The notes under the pieces: model-generated
What the model was told of the DNA's origin: nothing
The model's database searches: none
Seen by the model: the letters and a program-made list of their open reading frames with translations, nothing else
Source of the DNA: Candidatus Bathyarchaeota archaeon
GTDB lineage: Archaea; Thermoproteota; Bathyarchaeia; Bathyarchaeales; Bathyarchaeaceae
NCBI GenBank assembly: GCA_963772765.1
Contig: CAVYYP010000004.1
Span: 4,558-68,557 of the forward strand
Length of the DNA: 64,000 nucleotides
Direction: 5' to 3'
Shown here: positions 55,442-64,000 of the stretch, piece after piece
Layout of the letters: each line of letters begins with the position of its first letter
Position numbering within the stretch: the first letter of the stretch is position 1
Position numbers and translations under genes: made by a program

Positions 55442-57322
55442 ATGATGAACTCATATATTGAAGCATTACGACCAAAATTAAGCCGATCAGACTATGAAAA
55501 ATTGATTGCAATATCCATTCCGAAGGTGCACGAGTTTATTGCCAAATCGGCTGACCTCTGCAACGCTGAACATGTTTTTATTTGCAGTGATTCTCCAGAA
55601 GATAAGGAGCATATCAGGCAGCAGGCGATGGCAAGCAAAGAAGAAACCCCACTGAACATTGAGGGGCATACGGTTCATTTTGATGGTTTCTATGATCAGG
55701 GACGTGACAGGAAAGCCACAAAGTATCTTGTTCCCAAGAGGGTGTTTCTTAGCAAGGCGCTTAATCAGATTGACAGGCAGGAAGGACTGGCTGAAGTAAA
55801 AAGTATACTTAGAGATTCGATGACTGGGCGCACGATGATTGCGCGGTTTCTTTCGTTGGGTCCTACGGATTCTGTTTTTACGATTCTGGGCGTACAGTGC
55901 ACCGATTCTTGGTATGTTGCACACTCTGAAGACCTGTTGTATCGGTCTGGTTACAATGTTTTTACCAAGTCCGGTTCGGATACAGAGTTTCTGCGGGTTT
56001 TGCATTCTGCAGGAAAATTGACAGATAGCATGGTGAGTGCGGAGCATGATAAGAAGAAGATTTACATTGATTTTATGGACAAGACGATTTACAGCGTTAA
56101 TACGCAGTATGCGGGTAACTCGATTGGTTTTAAGAAGCTGGCTTTTCGTTTGGCTATTCGTAAGGCGAACACTGAGGGCTGGCTCGCAGAGCACATGATG
56201 CTTATGGGCGTTCATGGTCCAAAGGGGCGTAAGACGTATTTTGCTGGTGCGTTTCCGAGTGCTTGTGGTAAGACTTCTACGGCTATGCTGCCTGGCGAGA
56301 CGATTCTGGGCGATGACATTGCGTATATCCGTGAGATTGACGGCGTTGCTAGGGCAGTGAATGTTGAGGCAGGAATTTTTGGCATCATAAAGGACGTGAA
56401 TCCTGTAGATGATACTACGATTTGGAGTGTTCTTCATAATCCTGGCGAAATCATCTTTTCCAATGTGTTGGTTAAGGATGGTAATCCGTATTGGCTGGGA
56501 ATGGGCACTGAGCTTCCGAAGGAGGGCATCAATTTTTCTGGTGAGTGGCATGAGGGCAAGAAGGATAAGTCGGGTAAGGAGATTTCTGCTGCTCATAAGA
56601 ATGCGCGTTATGCTGTTAGGTTAAGTTTTTTGGCGAATTGTGATCCTGAGCTGGAGAATCCGAATGGTGTTGAGCTTAGGGGCATCATGTATGGTGGCAG
56701 GGATGCTAAGGCGTATGTTCCTGTTCAGCAGAGCTTTGATTGGGACCATGGCATCGTAGCTTATGGTGCATCATTGGAGACGGAGACGACGTTTGCTACT
56801 GTAGGCAAAGAGGGCGTTCCCGAGATTAACATGATGAGTATACAGGACTTCATTTCGATTCCGTTGGGAAAGAATGTTCGTAACAATCTGGATTTCGGAA
56901 AGAAGATGGAGAATCCTCCTATTGTTTTTGGTGTTAACTATTTCCTGAAGGACGTGAGCGGCAACTATCTGAATGATCCTAAGGACAAGCAGGTTTGGGT
57001 GAAATGGATGGAGCTAAGGGTTCACGATGAGGTGGATGCAATAGAGACGCCTACGGGCTATGTTCCGAAGTATGAGGATTTGCGTAAGTTGTTCAAGCAG
57101 GTGCGTGGCGTTGACTACAGTAAAGAGGACTACGACAAGCAGTTTACGATTAGAGTGAATGAGAATCTGGCGAAGATAAAGCGTGTGCGCCAGTTCTACA
57201 AGAAGAAGGTCACCTACACTCCTGAGCCAGTGTTTTGGGTGCTAAACCAGCAGTACGAACGGCTACTTGATGCAAAGGAAAAGTTTGGCGACTACATTCA
57301 GCCCGAAAAGTTTCTAGAATAA
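55442..57322 (+). CDS. pck: Phosphoenolpyruvate carboxykinase (GTP)
   Basis: Kinase-1a P-loop FPSACGKTS, the YAGNSIGFKK-type region, and a length of about 620 aa. Confidence 0.9.
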   Translation: MMNSYIEALRPKLSRSDYEKLIAISIPKVHEFIAKSADLCNAEHVFICSDSPEDKEHIRQQAMASKEETPLNIEGHTVHFDGFYDQGRDRKATKYLVPKRVFLSKALNQIDRQEGLAEVKSILRDSMTGRTMIARFLSLGPTDSVFTILGVQCTDSWYVAHSEDLLYRSGYNVFTKSGSDTEFLRVLHSAGKLTDSMVSAEHDKKKIYIDFMDKTIYSVNTQYAGNSIGFKKLAFRLAIRKANTEGWLAEHMMLMGVHGPKGRKTYFAGAFPSACGKTSTAMLPGETILGDDIAYIREIDGVARAVNVEAGIFGIIKDVNPVDDTTIWSVLHNPGEIIFSNVLVKDGNPYWLGMGTELPKEGINFSGEWHEGKKDKSGKEISAAHKNARYAVRLSFLANCDPELENPNGVELRGIMYGGRDAKAYVPVQQSFDWDHGIVAYGASLETETTFATVGKEGVPEINMMSIQDFISIPLGKNVRNNLDFGKKMENPPIVFGVNYFLKDVSGNYLNDPKDKQVWVKWMELRVHDEVDAIETPTGYVPKYEDLRKLFKQVRGVDYSKEDYDKQFTIRVNENLAKIKRVRQFYKKKVTYTPEPVFWVLNQQYERLLDAKEKFGDYIQPEKFLE

Positions 57323-57434
57323 ACCCGAGTAGCAGGCAATTTTTTTCTCTGCCTAGCCTATTTTTTGATTTCAGAAACGGAAAATCTATAACCGAGACTT
57401 TATAAGAAAATAACCTAACCTATCCGGTCTACAC

Positions 57435-57511
57435 GCCTCGGTGGCTCAGCCCGGTAGAGCGGCAGCCTTGTAAGCTGTTGGTCGCGGGATCAAATCCCGC
57501 CCGAGGCTCCA
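57435..57511 (+). tRNA. tRNA-Thr (anticodon UGU), CCA encoded
   Basis: Cloverleaf: acceptor GCCUCGG/CCGAGGC, anticodon loop CUUGUAA, T arm GCGGG-AUCAAAU-CCCGC. A TATA-like CTTTATAAG lies about 28 nt upstream. Confidence 0.9.
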
Positions 57512-57550
57512 TCTTTTAAAAAACACAAATAATTATAGGTTAAATTTTAA

Positions 57551-57644
57551 CCTTCTCTCTTCTGATGTCGTGTCTTGTTTTCTCCTGTCCTATCTTTTCC
57601 TCTCTTCTCTTATGGACTCCTCCTCTCTACTCCTCTCCTCTCAC
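57551..57644 (+). repeat. Polypyrimidine (CT-rich) tract of about 94 nt immediately downstream of tRNA-Thr(UGU)
   Basis: ccttctctcttc...tcctctcttctctt...ctcctcctctctactcctctcctctcac. Almost only C/T on the plus strand. Confidence 0.7.
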
Positions 57645-57680
57645 AAAAAACATAAAACTAGAAATAATCTATTACAATTT

Positions 57681-58292
57681 ATGCAAAATATCGATGCTAG
57701 CATAATTTTACCTATTGTTACAGCTTCTCTTGCACTTGCTGGTGTTATAATCGGTTCAATTTTAACATATTTCGTAGAACGTTGGAGAAATAATCAAAAA
57801 AAAGTTATGGATGGAATAGCATTCTATCGAAGTAACTTACCGCATATATTACCTATCATGAACTCCATGTCAAAATTGGAATCCACTCAGCTCACTCTCT
57901 CAATCGCTCTTGATAATATTATTGAAGGGCAACGGGGTTTTCCTGTAATGCACAATGGAATGGAATATCTTAAACAAGATGAACTGCGAGACTTGATTAA
58001 ATCAGAATCTAAAAAACTGCAAATATTGTCCAATACGGGATGGTTGTCAATTTTTCCTGAAATTCTTTCCATTCCAATAACGGAAATATGGGCTCAAATG
58101 TTTGGAATATCTCAAGCCGATTGGCTTGGAAAGCCAGAAGAATCAAAGGAAAAACTCGAAAAAGCTTCATTATCCTTCAGAAAATATCGTCTTACAATGA
58201 AAAAAGTCTTGGGTTTGATAGAAGCATATATGGAAATTAGTAAAGATTTCCCAATCAAGCTTCAATCAGTAAAAGAAGTGTTAGAAGATTGA
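57681..58292 (+). CDS. Hypothetical protein with an N-terminal TM anchor
   Basis: The likely start is ATG 57681 (MQNIDASIILPIVTASLALAGVIIGSIL). No motif recognised. The region is AT-rich. Confidence 0.4.
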   Translation: MQNIDASIILPIVTASLALAGVIIGSILTYFVERWRNNQKKVMDGIAFYRSNLPHILPIMNSMSKLESTQLTLSIALDNIIEGQRGFPVMHNGMEYLKQDELRDLIKSESKKLQILSNTGWLSIFPEILSIPITEIWAQMFGISQADWLGKPEESKEKLEKASLSFRKYRLTMKKVLGLIEAYMEISKDFPIKLQSVKEVLED

Positions 58293-58438
58293 TTTAGAGT
58301 TGGAATTCTTGGATTCCAATTTTTTCGTTCATTCCGTAAGTATTTAGCCAACAATAGAGCTTCTTCATTAATCAAAGTGTGAAGTGTTTGTCTTTTACCA
58401 TGCTTTATTCTAGGATTCTCAACTTTTCGATTGAACAT
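58262..58438 (-). CDS. Hypothetical small basic protein, 58 aa (tentative)
   Basis: Hand translation gives MFNRKVENPRIKHGKRQTLHTLINEEALLLAKYLRNERKNWNPRIPTLNQSSNTSFTD*. Below the ORF-track cut-off. Confidence 0.25.
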   Translation of the reverse strand: MFNRKVENPRIKHGKRQTLHTLINEEALLLAKYLRNERKNWNPRIPTLNQSSNTSFTD

Positions 58439-58451
58439 GTTGTTTAATACT

Positions 58452-58794
58452 TCAGTTAAACAGATTTATTTTTTGAGTTGTTTGTATCTTGAATCTGATG
58501 TTTTGTTTTAAATTGCTCTTATACAATCTACTTCCATATAACTGCATGAATCGTTTGTAGCTTTCGCTCTTCTCCAATTGTTTAAGAGTTTTAGATTTAT
58601 TGATAATTGGCTTTTCTGGATGTTTCTTTAAAATCTTGTAAATGGTGGGTCTTGAAATTCCTGTTTTGCGTGATGCTTTGCTTAAATTTTTTCAGCGCCC
58701 TTTGAGACTCCCCCCTTTGAACACGTTCGATAGTTTCATAACCACCGAACCTTACGAATTTGGCTAATGTTGATGTTCGAATTGTCATGTACAC
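58452..58794 (-). CDS. Small HTH protein (resolvase/Hin-type HTH-like), split by a 1-nt frameshift as assembled
   Basis: Frame 1 reads ...ETIERVQRGESQRALKK. After the T6 run 58687-58692 the +1 frame continues NLSKASRKTGISRPTIYKILKKHPEKP... Confidence 0.4.
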
Positions 58795-58876
58795 ACACTT
58801 GGGCAGGCAGACAATTTGGCAAAATTTTTTTTCATATATGATGCCTTGTCACATTGCCCATGTAAAATATCACTTT

Positions 58877-58911
58877 CTGCAGCGCAGCATACTTTCATGA
58901 AAAATGTTCAC
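58877..58911. repeat. Partial copy (right arm) of the MITE-like repeat
   Basis: CTGCAGCGCAGCATACTTTCATGAAAAATGTTCAC compares with 11971-12005 CTGCAGCGCAGCACACTTTCAAAAAAATGTTCGC. Confidence 0.6.
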
Positions 58912-58944
58912 ATGGTCAATAGTATCTTTTTTCGGAAAAAACAC

Positions 58945-59637
58945 CTATTTTTGGGCTACAACCATCGCATGCGCCTTATCAAAGGGCTCTAAACCAACAA
59001 TCTGGCTTACTGCAAAGCCTCTGCTCTGCAAAACAGACACTTCTTTCTTGAACACAACCGCTGGCTCTTTTGTCACATCTATGCTCTGAGCCTTAATCGC
59101 CAACAGCACCCAGCCACCATCTTCCAGAAACATGTCTGCATTATTTGCCAAAAGACGAGCCTGCTCAGGCTGAGCAACATCACAATAGAGACTGTTAACC
59201 CGCTCTACCAAACGGGAATATGTTTCTGGCAAACGTGCGTCAGCCAAGATGGGTGACATGTTGTAGCGGAATGAAACAACGTTGTTGACAAGCTCTCTCA
59301 GCGAGCGAGAGGCAAACTCGACACAGTACACGTGTCCTTCTTCGCCCACAATGTCTGAAACATGGCTCGCGGTCGTTCCTGAGGCTGCACCCAAGTACAG
59401 AACCTTGCTGTTTGGACCTATGGGCACAATGTTTAGTCCATTGAGTATGGCTGCTGCAATCTTGCTTCTGTAAGGATCCCAGAGTCTGTACTCGTTGCCT
59501 TCAAAGCTGACAAGCCGTTCTCCATATACTGATTTTCCTGAAACCAAATTTTTGGTTGCCAGCTTGCGGGAGCCATCCTCTAGTGTAATCCAGTAGATTT
59601 CTGGAAAACTGGAGTGTGGTTTAACGTTTATTGCCAC
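58945..59637 (-). CDS. flpA: Fibrillarin-like rRNA/tRNA 2'-O-methyltransferase
   Basis: YRLWDPYRSKIAAAI...VLYLGAASGTTASHVSDIV...DVAQPEQA. The probable GTG start at 59637 overlaps the nop5 stop. The ORF-track N-terminal extension lies inside nop5. Confidence 0.9.
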   Translation of the reverse strand: MAINVKPHSSFPEIYWITLEDGSRKLATKNLVSGKSVYGERLVSFEGNEYRLWDPYRSKIAAAILNGLNIVPIGPNSKVLYLGAASGTTASHVSDIVGEEGHVYCVEFASRSLRELVNNVVSFRYNMSPILADARLPETYSRLVERVNSLYCDVAQPEQARLLANNADMFLEDGGWVLLAIKAQSIDVTKEPAVVFKKEVSVLQSRGFAVSQIVGLEPFDKAHAMVVAQK

Positions 59638-60883
59638 GTTTCTTTCTCCGAGGCTTATTTCTTCTATGGTCCATTCTGCTTTGTGTCCTCTTTGATGGCG
59701 GCGGAGGTGGCGGAGCCGTTGCATACCTTTCATAGATTTCTTCAACTCTCTTGTCCAAGTCAGCTTTAAGTTCATCTCCAGCATATTCGCCGCCAAACGC
59801 ATCAACACGAGCAGCAATCGTCAATTTTCCTGCCAATGCACGAGCAATCTTTCCCCTCTGCCAACGCTTCGCATCATGAATAAGCGGATGCTGAAAAATT
59901 ATACCATGTTTAGGTGGACGAGCCTTAGTTTTCAATGACCTGAAAAGAGCCTTTTCTGCTCCCAGAATCTGCATTGTGCTTGCAGGCAATTTGGCTAAAT
60001 TCAAAAGACCCCCGGCAATGGCAATCAGACGAGCCCCCAAGAGAGAACCTCCAATAGCTTTGGTGTTCGGAGCCACCTCATCCATAACAGTATCTACGTA
60101 CTTCTCTAAGGACTGGCGTAGACTATACAATTCTAGAACATTTCTACACATGTCCTGAATCTTAGCTAGATCATCATCGCTTATGTCTGCGCCCATGGAT
60201 TCGCTGGCTACCTCTGCGATTGTTTTTGATTTGACCTTGGGAAGCCCTTCAACCTCTAGGCTTTCAACAGTGAAGTTTTCTCTTTTTCCCAAAACAACCA
60301 CGAGACGCGCATAGGTTTCGTGCTTGTCAACTATACGGTCCAACTCTGGAAAATGAAGTCCATACCATTCTCGTATTCTGCCCATGAAAAGGTTCAATGA
60401 CTTGTCCATGTCATCAACTGATAAGACTGCCTGAGCTGCTAACAGATCTCTTTTTTCTATAGTTTTTTTCACTTTCATTTTGGCAAGTTCAAGTGACACA
60501 TTATGAAGATGAGCACGAAGCTGCGTCGGCTTTTCCACAAACCCTAGTTCTAGAGCAAACTTTGCCAAGTTTTCGCGAAACAGTTTACCTGCCTCAGAAG
60601 ACATGTCTACAGTGGCTTCGACACTCAGGGTTTCGCCAACATTTCTGGAGAGTTCCTGATTTTCAAAAACAAAACTCGTGTAACCTTTAGCCTGCAGCTT
60701 ATCCACAAGCTCTGAAACTTCGTCAAGCAGCGTTCCCTCTTCCAGCTTTTTTAGCCGCTCTGCTGTCTCAACTGGGTCTTTGGGAAAGAACACCTTTTCC
60801 ACTACTGCATTATCTTCGCCAAAACCAAAGACGCCCATTACAGATTCTACAATTGTAGCTTTCACACTTTTCCCATCCAACAT
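59621..60883 (-). CDS. nop5: Nop5 (Nop56/58) C/D box sRNP core protein
   Basis: NOSIC/Nop domain blocks REWYGLHFPEL, LLGARLIAIAGGL..LAKLPASTMQILGAEKALFR, and a basic KKR tail. It sits upstream of fibrillarin as in the classic operon. Confidence 0.9.
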   Translation of the reverse strand: MLDGKSVKATIVESVMGVFGFGEDNAVVEKVFFPKDPVETAERLKKLEEGTLLDEVSELVDKLQAKGYTSFVFENQELSRNVGETLSVEATVDMSSEAGKLFRENLAKFALELGFVEKPTQLRAHLHNVSLELAKMKVKKTIEKRDLLAAQAVLSVDDMDKSLNLFMGRIREWYGLHFPELDRIVDKHETYARLVVVLGKRENFTVESLEVEGLPKVKSKTIAEVASESMGADISDDDLAKIQDMCRNVLELYSLRQSLEKYVDTVMDEVAPNTKAIGGSLLGARLIAIAGGLLNLAKLPASTMQILGAEKALFRSLKTKARPPKHGIIFQHPLIHDAKRWQRGKIARALAGKLTIAARVDAFGGEYAGDELKADLDKRVEEIYERYATAPPPPPPSKRTQSRMDHRRNKPRRKKRGNKR

Positions 60884-60955
60884 TAATCATATTAGAGTAT
60901 GCTTCCTAACCTTTATCTTTGCAGTGGATAACTTTTACTGCAAGAGGAACAGCAC

Positions 60956-61870
60956 ATGAAGAACCGAAATGCCACAGAGATAATGGGACTAAAACTATCA
61001 AACCCAACCATGCTCGCAGCAGGAATTCTAGGATACACAGGACTATCAATGAAAAGCGTAATAGAAGCAGGCGCAGGAGCCGTAGTAACAAAATCGATGG
61101 GACAAGAACCCAGAACAGGCTACCTAAACCCAACCATAGTACAAACAAGCTGTGGACTACTAAATGCAATGGGCTTACCAAACCCCGGAATCAGCCACTT
61201 CAAAGAAGAAATGAAACAACTAAAACAGCTAGAAGCACCAACAATCTTTAGCATCTACGGATTTTCCCCAGAAGACTTTACTAACGTCGCAAAAACCGCC
61301 GAGAACATGGGTGCAGATGCAATCGAACTGAATGTTTCATGTCCTCATGTGAAAAAAGCTGGAGCACAGGTCGGCTCAGACCCTCTTTTGCTAACAGATA
61401 TTGTAACGGCTGTAAAGATGCAGGTAACAAAACCAGTGATTGTAAAATTGACACCCAACGTGACTGACATAACAGAAATTGCAAAAGCCGCAGAAAAAGC
61501 AGGAGCGGACGCATTAACAGCAATAAACACGGTCAGAGGAATGGCAATAGACACCGAAACAGGAATGCCCATACTGGCCAACAAGTTTGGCGGACTCTCA
61601 GGACCAGCCATAAAACCAATCGCCATAAGATGCGTCTACGACATTTACAGCGCAGTAGACATTCCAGTTATTGGTTGCGGCGGAGTAACCTGCTGGCAAG
61701 ACGCTGTAGAATTCATTCAAGCGGGCGCTTGTGCGGTTCAAATCGGAACAGCCGTAGCATTCAAAGGATTAAATGTATTCGGTTCTGTTGTAAGTGGCAT
61801 CGAAAAATATCTTGAACGAAAACAAATAGAGAACATCAAAGAACTTGTTGGTGTAGCTCACAAAAACTAA
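60956..61870 (+). CDS. pyrD: Dihydroorotate dehydrogenase (class 1, PyrD catalytic subunit)
   Basis: [39 protein letters not shown] and IGCGGV are PyrD blocks. Confidence 0.9.
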   Translation: MKNRNATEIMGLKLSNPTMLAAGILGYTGLSMKSVIEAGAGAVVTKSMGQEPRTGYLNPTIVQTSCGLLNAMGLPNPGISHFKEEMKQLKQLEAPTIFSIYGFSPEDFTNVAKTAENMGADAIELNVSCPHVKKAGAQVGSDPLLLTDIVTAVKMQVTKPVIVKLTPNVTDITEIAKAAEKAGADALTAINTVRGMAIDTETGMPILANKFGGLSGPAIKPIAIRCVYDIYSAVDIPVIGCGGVTCWQDAVEFIQAGACAVQIGTAVAFKGLNVFGSVVSGIEKYLERKQIENIKELVGVAHKN

Positions 61871-62009
61871 AATTTTGTCAGCAAAACGTATATATGATTC
61901 AAATATTGACTGTTTTCTATTGTTAGAATATTCTTTTTTTGGTAATAATATTCAGTTCTGAATAGAGCTTTTTATTCACTTTCTACAAGCGTATATCTTA
62001 GGTCTTACG

Positions 62010-62702
62010 ATGATAGAACATAAAGGCATAGAAGACACACTAGTAATAGTCGCTACACTAAACGAAGAAGCTGGACTCGGTCCAACTTTATCAGAAGTAA
62101 ACGACACTCTAGACAATCCACCCTGTTTAGTTGTTGACGGAAGAAGCACAGACCGCACAATCGAAATTGCCCAAGAGCTCGGTGCAGAAACTCTACTCCA
62201 GAAAGGCTTGGGAAAGGGCGACGCAATAGCAACAGCCCTAAGCCACACCAAGGGACTGAACGTAAAGTATGTCGCATTTATTGACGCTGATTTCACATAC
62301 CCCGCAAAGTACCTGTCAAAAATGGTTAAAATTCTTGAAGAAAACCCAGAAATTGGAATGGTTGGCGGAAACAGACTAAACAAGGAACTGAAAATGGACG
62401 TAATGCCTAACGTGTTTCACATCGGAAACAAGTTTCTATCATTTACGCACGGACTGCTAAATCGTGTCAACATGGACGACCCACTTACAGGCTTAAGAGT
62501 AGTCCGAAAAGAAATCGTCAGCAGCTGGAAACCAAAATCCAAAGGATTTGACATCGAAGTCGAACTAAATCGCCTCGTAGAAAAAAGCGGCTACAGCATA
62601 GCAGAAATTCCAATAGAATACAGGGCAAGACTTGGAGAAAAGGAGTTAGGCCCCAGACATGGTTTCACTATATTCAAAAGAATACTAACAGAAACCATCT
62701 AA
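62010..62702 (+). CDS. GT2-family glycosyltransferase (dolichyl-phosphate sugar synthase-like)
   Basis: VIVATLNEE...VVDGRSTDRT...FIDAD DxD-type motif, at about 230 aa. Confidence 0.75.
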   Translation: MIEHKGIEDTLVIVATLNEEAGLGPTLSEVNDTLDNPPCLVVDGRSTDRTIEIAQELGAETLLQKGLGKGDAIATALSHTKGLNVKYVAFIDADFTYPAKYLSKMVKILEENPEIGMVGGNRLNKELKMDVMPNVFHIGNKFLSFTHGLLNRVNMDDPLTGLRVVRKEIVSSWKPKSKGFDIEVELNRLVEKSGYSIAEIPIEYRARLGEKELGPRHGFTIFKRILTETI

Positions 62703-62710
62703 ACCCATTC

Positions 62711-63877
62711 TTACTGGTCGGTTCTGTAAGCATTAACAGACTCTGCTAGCTCTGCCACTTCCTTGGAATGAGCAAACAAAGAACACGGCGTACCTTCATT
62801 TTCAAGTAGAGACTCATTTTCACGAATCTTAGTAAAGAGTTGGCTAGCAAAACCTTCCCGCAATGTTGCAGTTTTGAGGTTATGTGTAGCTACATTAGAA
62901 ACAGGACAAGCCGTCAAATCTCCGGAAGGCGTAACATGAGCAAAACCTCTGCCAGCAGAAACACAGCCTCCAAATAGTTCCTCATCGCCAGGAGAATGAA
63001 CCACATAGATCGGCTTTGTATTCCGATAATTTAACACCTGTGACCGAAACACCTTACGCTCCTGTTCTGTAAGCATAAGACCATGATCACTTTGCGAAAG
63101 AACATCATTGTCGGTTTTTTCTGGTCCTGACACGACGGGAATGTATTCGATAAAGAGCACCACACGCAAACCCTGAGCAATCAAGCTATCAATGCACTCA
63201 TTATTCATCCAGTACTTGTAATTTAGACGCGTGATAGTCGCAGAAATGCCGTTGGGCGTTCCAATCTCGCTAAGCCACCTAAGCGTATGTATCGCCTTGC
63301 TGTAAACGCCATCACCTCTTCGCATGTCTGTTGCATCTTTGCCTCCCTCGACACTGACAACTATTGCAGTATTGGACAGCCTTTTTAGCCGCTCAAAATC
63401 GCGCTCCTTGATTGCTGTTCCGTTACTGAATATTATGAAACATCTATCCCTGAACTTTTCGCAAATATCAAGCAACTTGGGAAAAAGAAACGGCTCACCA
63501 CCAGCTAAAAAGAAACCGAACACACCCAACTCGCTAGCTTCAGAAATTATCCGCGTCCATCCTTCCCAATCAAGCTGCGGCTTTTCATTCCTTTGCCCAC
63601 CTTTGCTGCAGGTAATGCCTGAAACAGCGGCAAAACATCCTGAACAACTAAGATTACAATGCTTCGTAATGCTAAGAATCAATGCTGGAGGAACCTTCAA
63701 GCCTTCTTTTTCATGTTTTTTTCGAAGTTGTCCTGTTTTGGTGTATGCGCGAAGAAGCGAGCCTACTGACAGCAGATATCTGGGGTGGCGTATTGCCCAG
63801 GGTAAAAATAGACGATAAAATGCTGGTCCAAAGTCGGTTTTGTATATGCCATGGGTCAGGAACTGCATCTGTTTCAC
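62711..63877 (-). CDS. Radical SAM protein with a SPASM/twitch-like C-terminal Cys cluster
   Basis: TKHCNLSCSGCF (CxxxCxxC), FLAGGEPF, and the C-terminal GGCVSAGRGFAHVTPSGDLTACP...GTPCS. Confidence 0.75.
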   Translation of the reverse strand: MKQMQFLTHGIYKTDFGPAFYRLFLPWAIRHPRYLLSVGSLLRAYTKTGQLRKKHEKEGLKVPPALILSITKHCNLSCSGCFAAVSGITCSKGGQRNEKPQLDWEGWTRIISEASELGVFGFFLAGGEPFLFPKLLDICEKFRDRCFIIFSNGTAIKERDFERLKRLSNTAIVVSVEGGKDATDMRRGDGVYSKAIHTLRWLSEIGTPNGISATITRLNYKYWMNNECIDSLIAQGLRVVLFIEYIPVVSGPEKTDNDVLSQSDHGLMLTEQERKVFRSQVLNYRNTKPIYVVHSPGDEELFGGCVSAGRGFAHVTPSGDLTACPVSNVATHNLKTATLREGFASQLFTKIRENESLLENEGTPCSLFAHSKEVAELAESVNAYRTDQ

Positions 63878-64000
63878 TTGTGCCGATACATTGAATGCTG
63901 TAGATATAAAATTGTTGTCTCATTTTTGGTAAACTCTGTTTCTTGGAATATTGCGTGACATATTTAATAGGCATCAACGCCTAAAGAGAACAGAAAACCA

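Noticed and set aside
55487-56596. 369-aa ORF antisense to the PEPCK gene.
   Set aside because: It lies entirely inside and opposite a confidently identified gene. Its composition is low-complexity and R/L/N-rich with no motifs. This is a typical antisense shadow ORF.
59638-59817. Long N-terminal extension of fibrillarin in the ORF track (start at 59817).
   Set aside because: The extension lies inside the nop5 coding region in another frame and has no fibrillarin-like sequence. The GTG at 59637, overlapping the nop5 stop, gives a normal ~230-aa protein.
1-64000. CRISPR arrays, rRNA genes, transposases, integrases, and defence-system hallmarks such as Cas, restriction-modification enzymes or toxin-antitoxin pairs.
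   Set aside because: I found no regularly spaced direct repeats and no proteins with the corresponding motifs in the six-frame track or in the spacers I read by eye. The only RHH/HTH small proteins lack an adjacent toxin-like partner.

Overview
This is an archaeal chromosomal segment, AT-rich (roughly 40% G+C by eye) and densely coding. Evidence for Archaea: Orc1/Cdc6, GINS-MCM-Hel308, RFC small and large subunits, RadA, TFS, Nop5-fibrillarin, TATA-type promoters about 25-30 nt upstream of starts, and two tRNA-Thr genes with encoded CCA. The lineage cannot be fixed by eye; GINS next to MCM is known from Sulfolobus.

Other content:
- Molybdopterin genes moaC-moaB and moaA.
- Metabolic genes: purB, pyrD, thiL, a metE-like gene, GTP-PEPCK, surE, acyP.
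- Ion and osmotic functions: two MscS channels, a CaCA exchanger, a CPA2 antiporter, a KamA-like radical SAM enzyme.
- A set of secreted or anchored surface proteins: two NosD-like beta-helix paralogues, a beta-propeller protein and a transglutaminase-like protein.

Most interesting signals that the ORF track does not explain:
1. A two-copy family of promoter-driven, G+C-rich RNAs of about 100-115 nt (18481-18582 on +, 39209-39322 on -). Both fold as four-way junctions with compensatory changes.
2. A triplicated TATA-plus-leader module (about 15704, 37502 and 48560 on -). It starts with a possibly leaderless short ORF MSTG(C/R)F, sits in front of unusually long untranslated regions, and one copy is fused to the 3' remnant of a deleted surface-protein paralogue.
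3. A palindrome-containing, MITE-like repeat of about 105 bp (11902-12005, 33957-34061, partial copy at 58877-58911) that overlaps in sequence with module 2.
4. Five genes interrupted by single-base insertions, four of them inside or next to A/T runs (FAD oxidoreductase, radA 3' end, MscS, beta-propeller, small HTH gene). This pattern looks like an assembly or sequencing error rather than biology.

No CRISPR array, rRNA, transposase or integrase was seen. All coordinates were counted by hand and may be off by a few nt. No database search or folding program was run.
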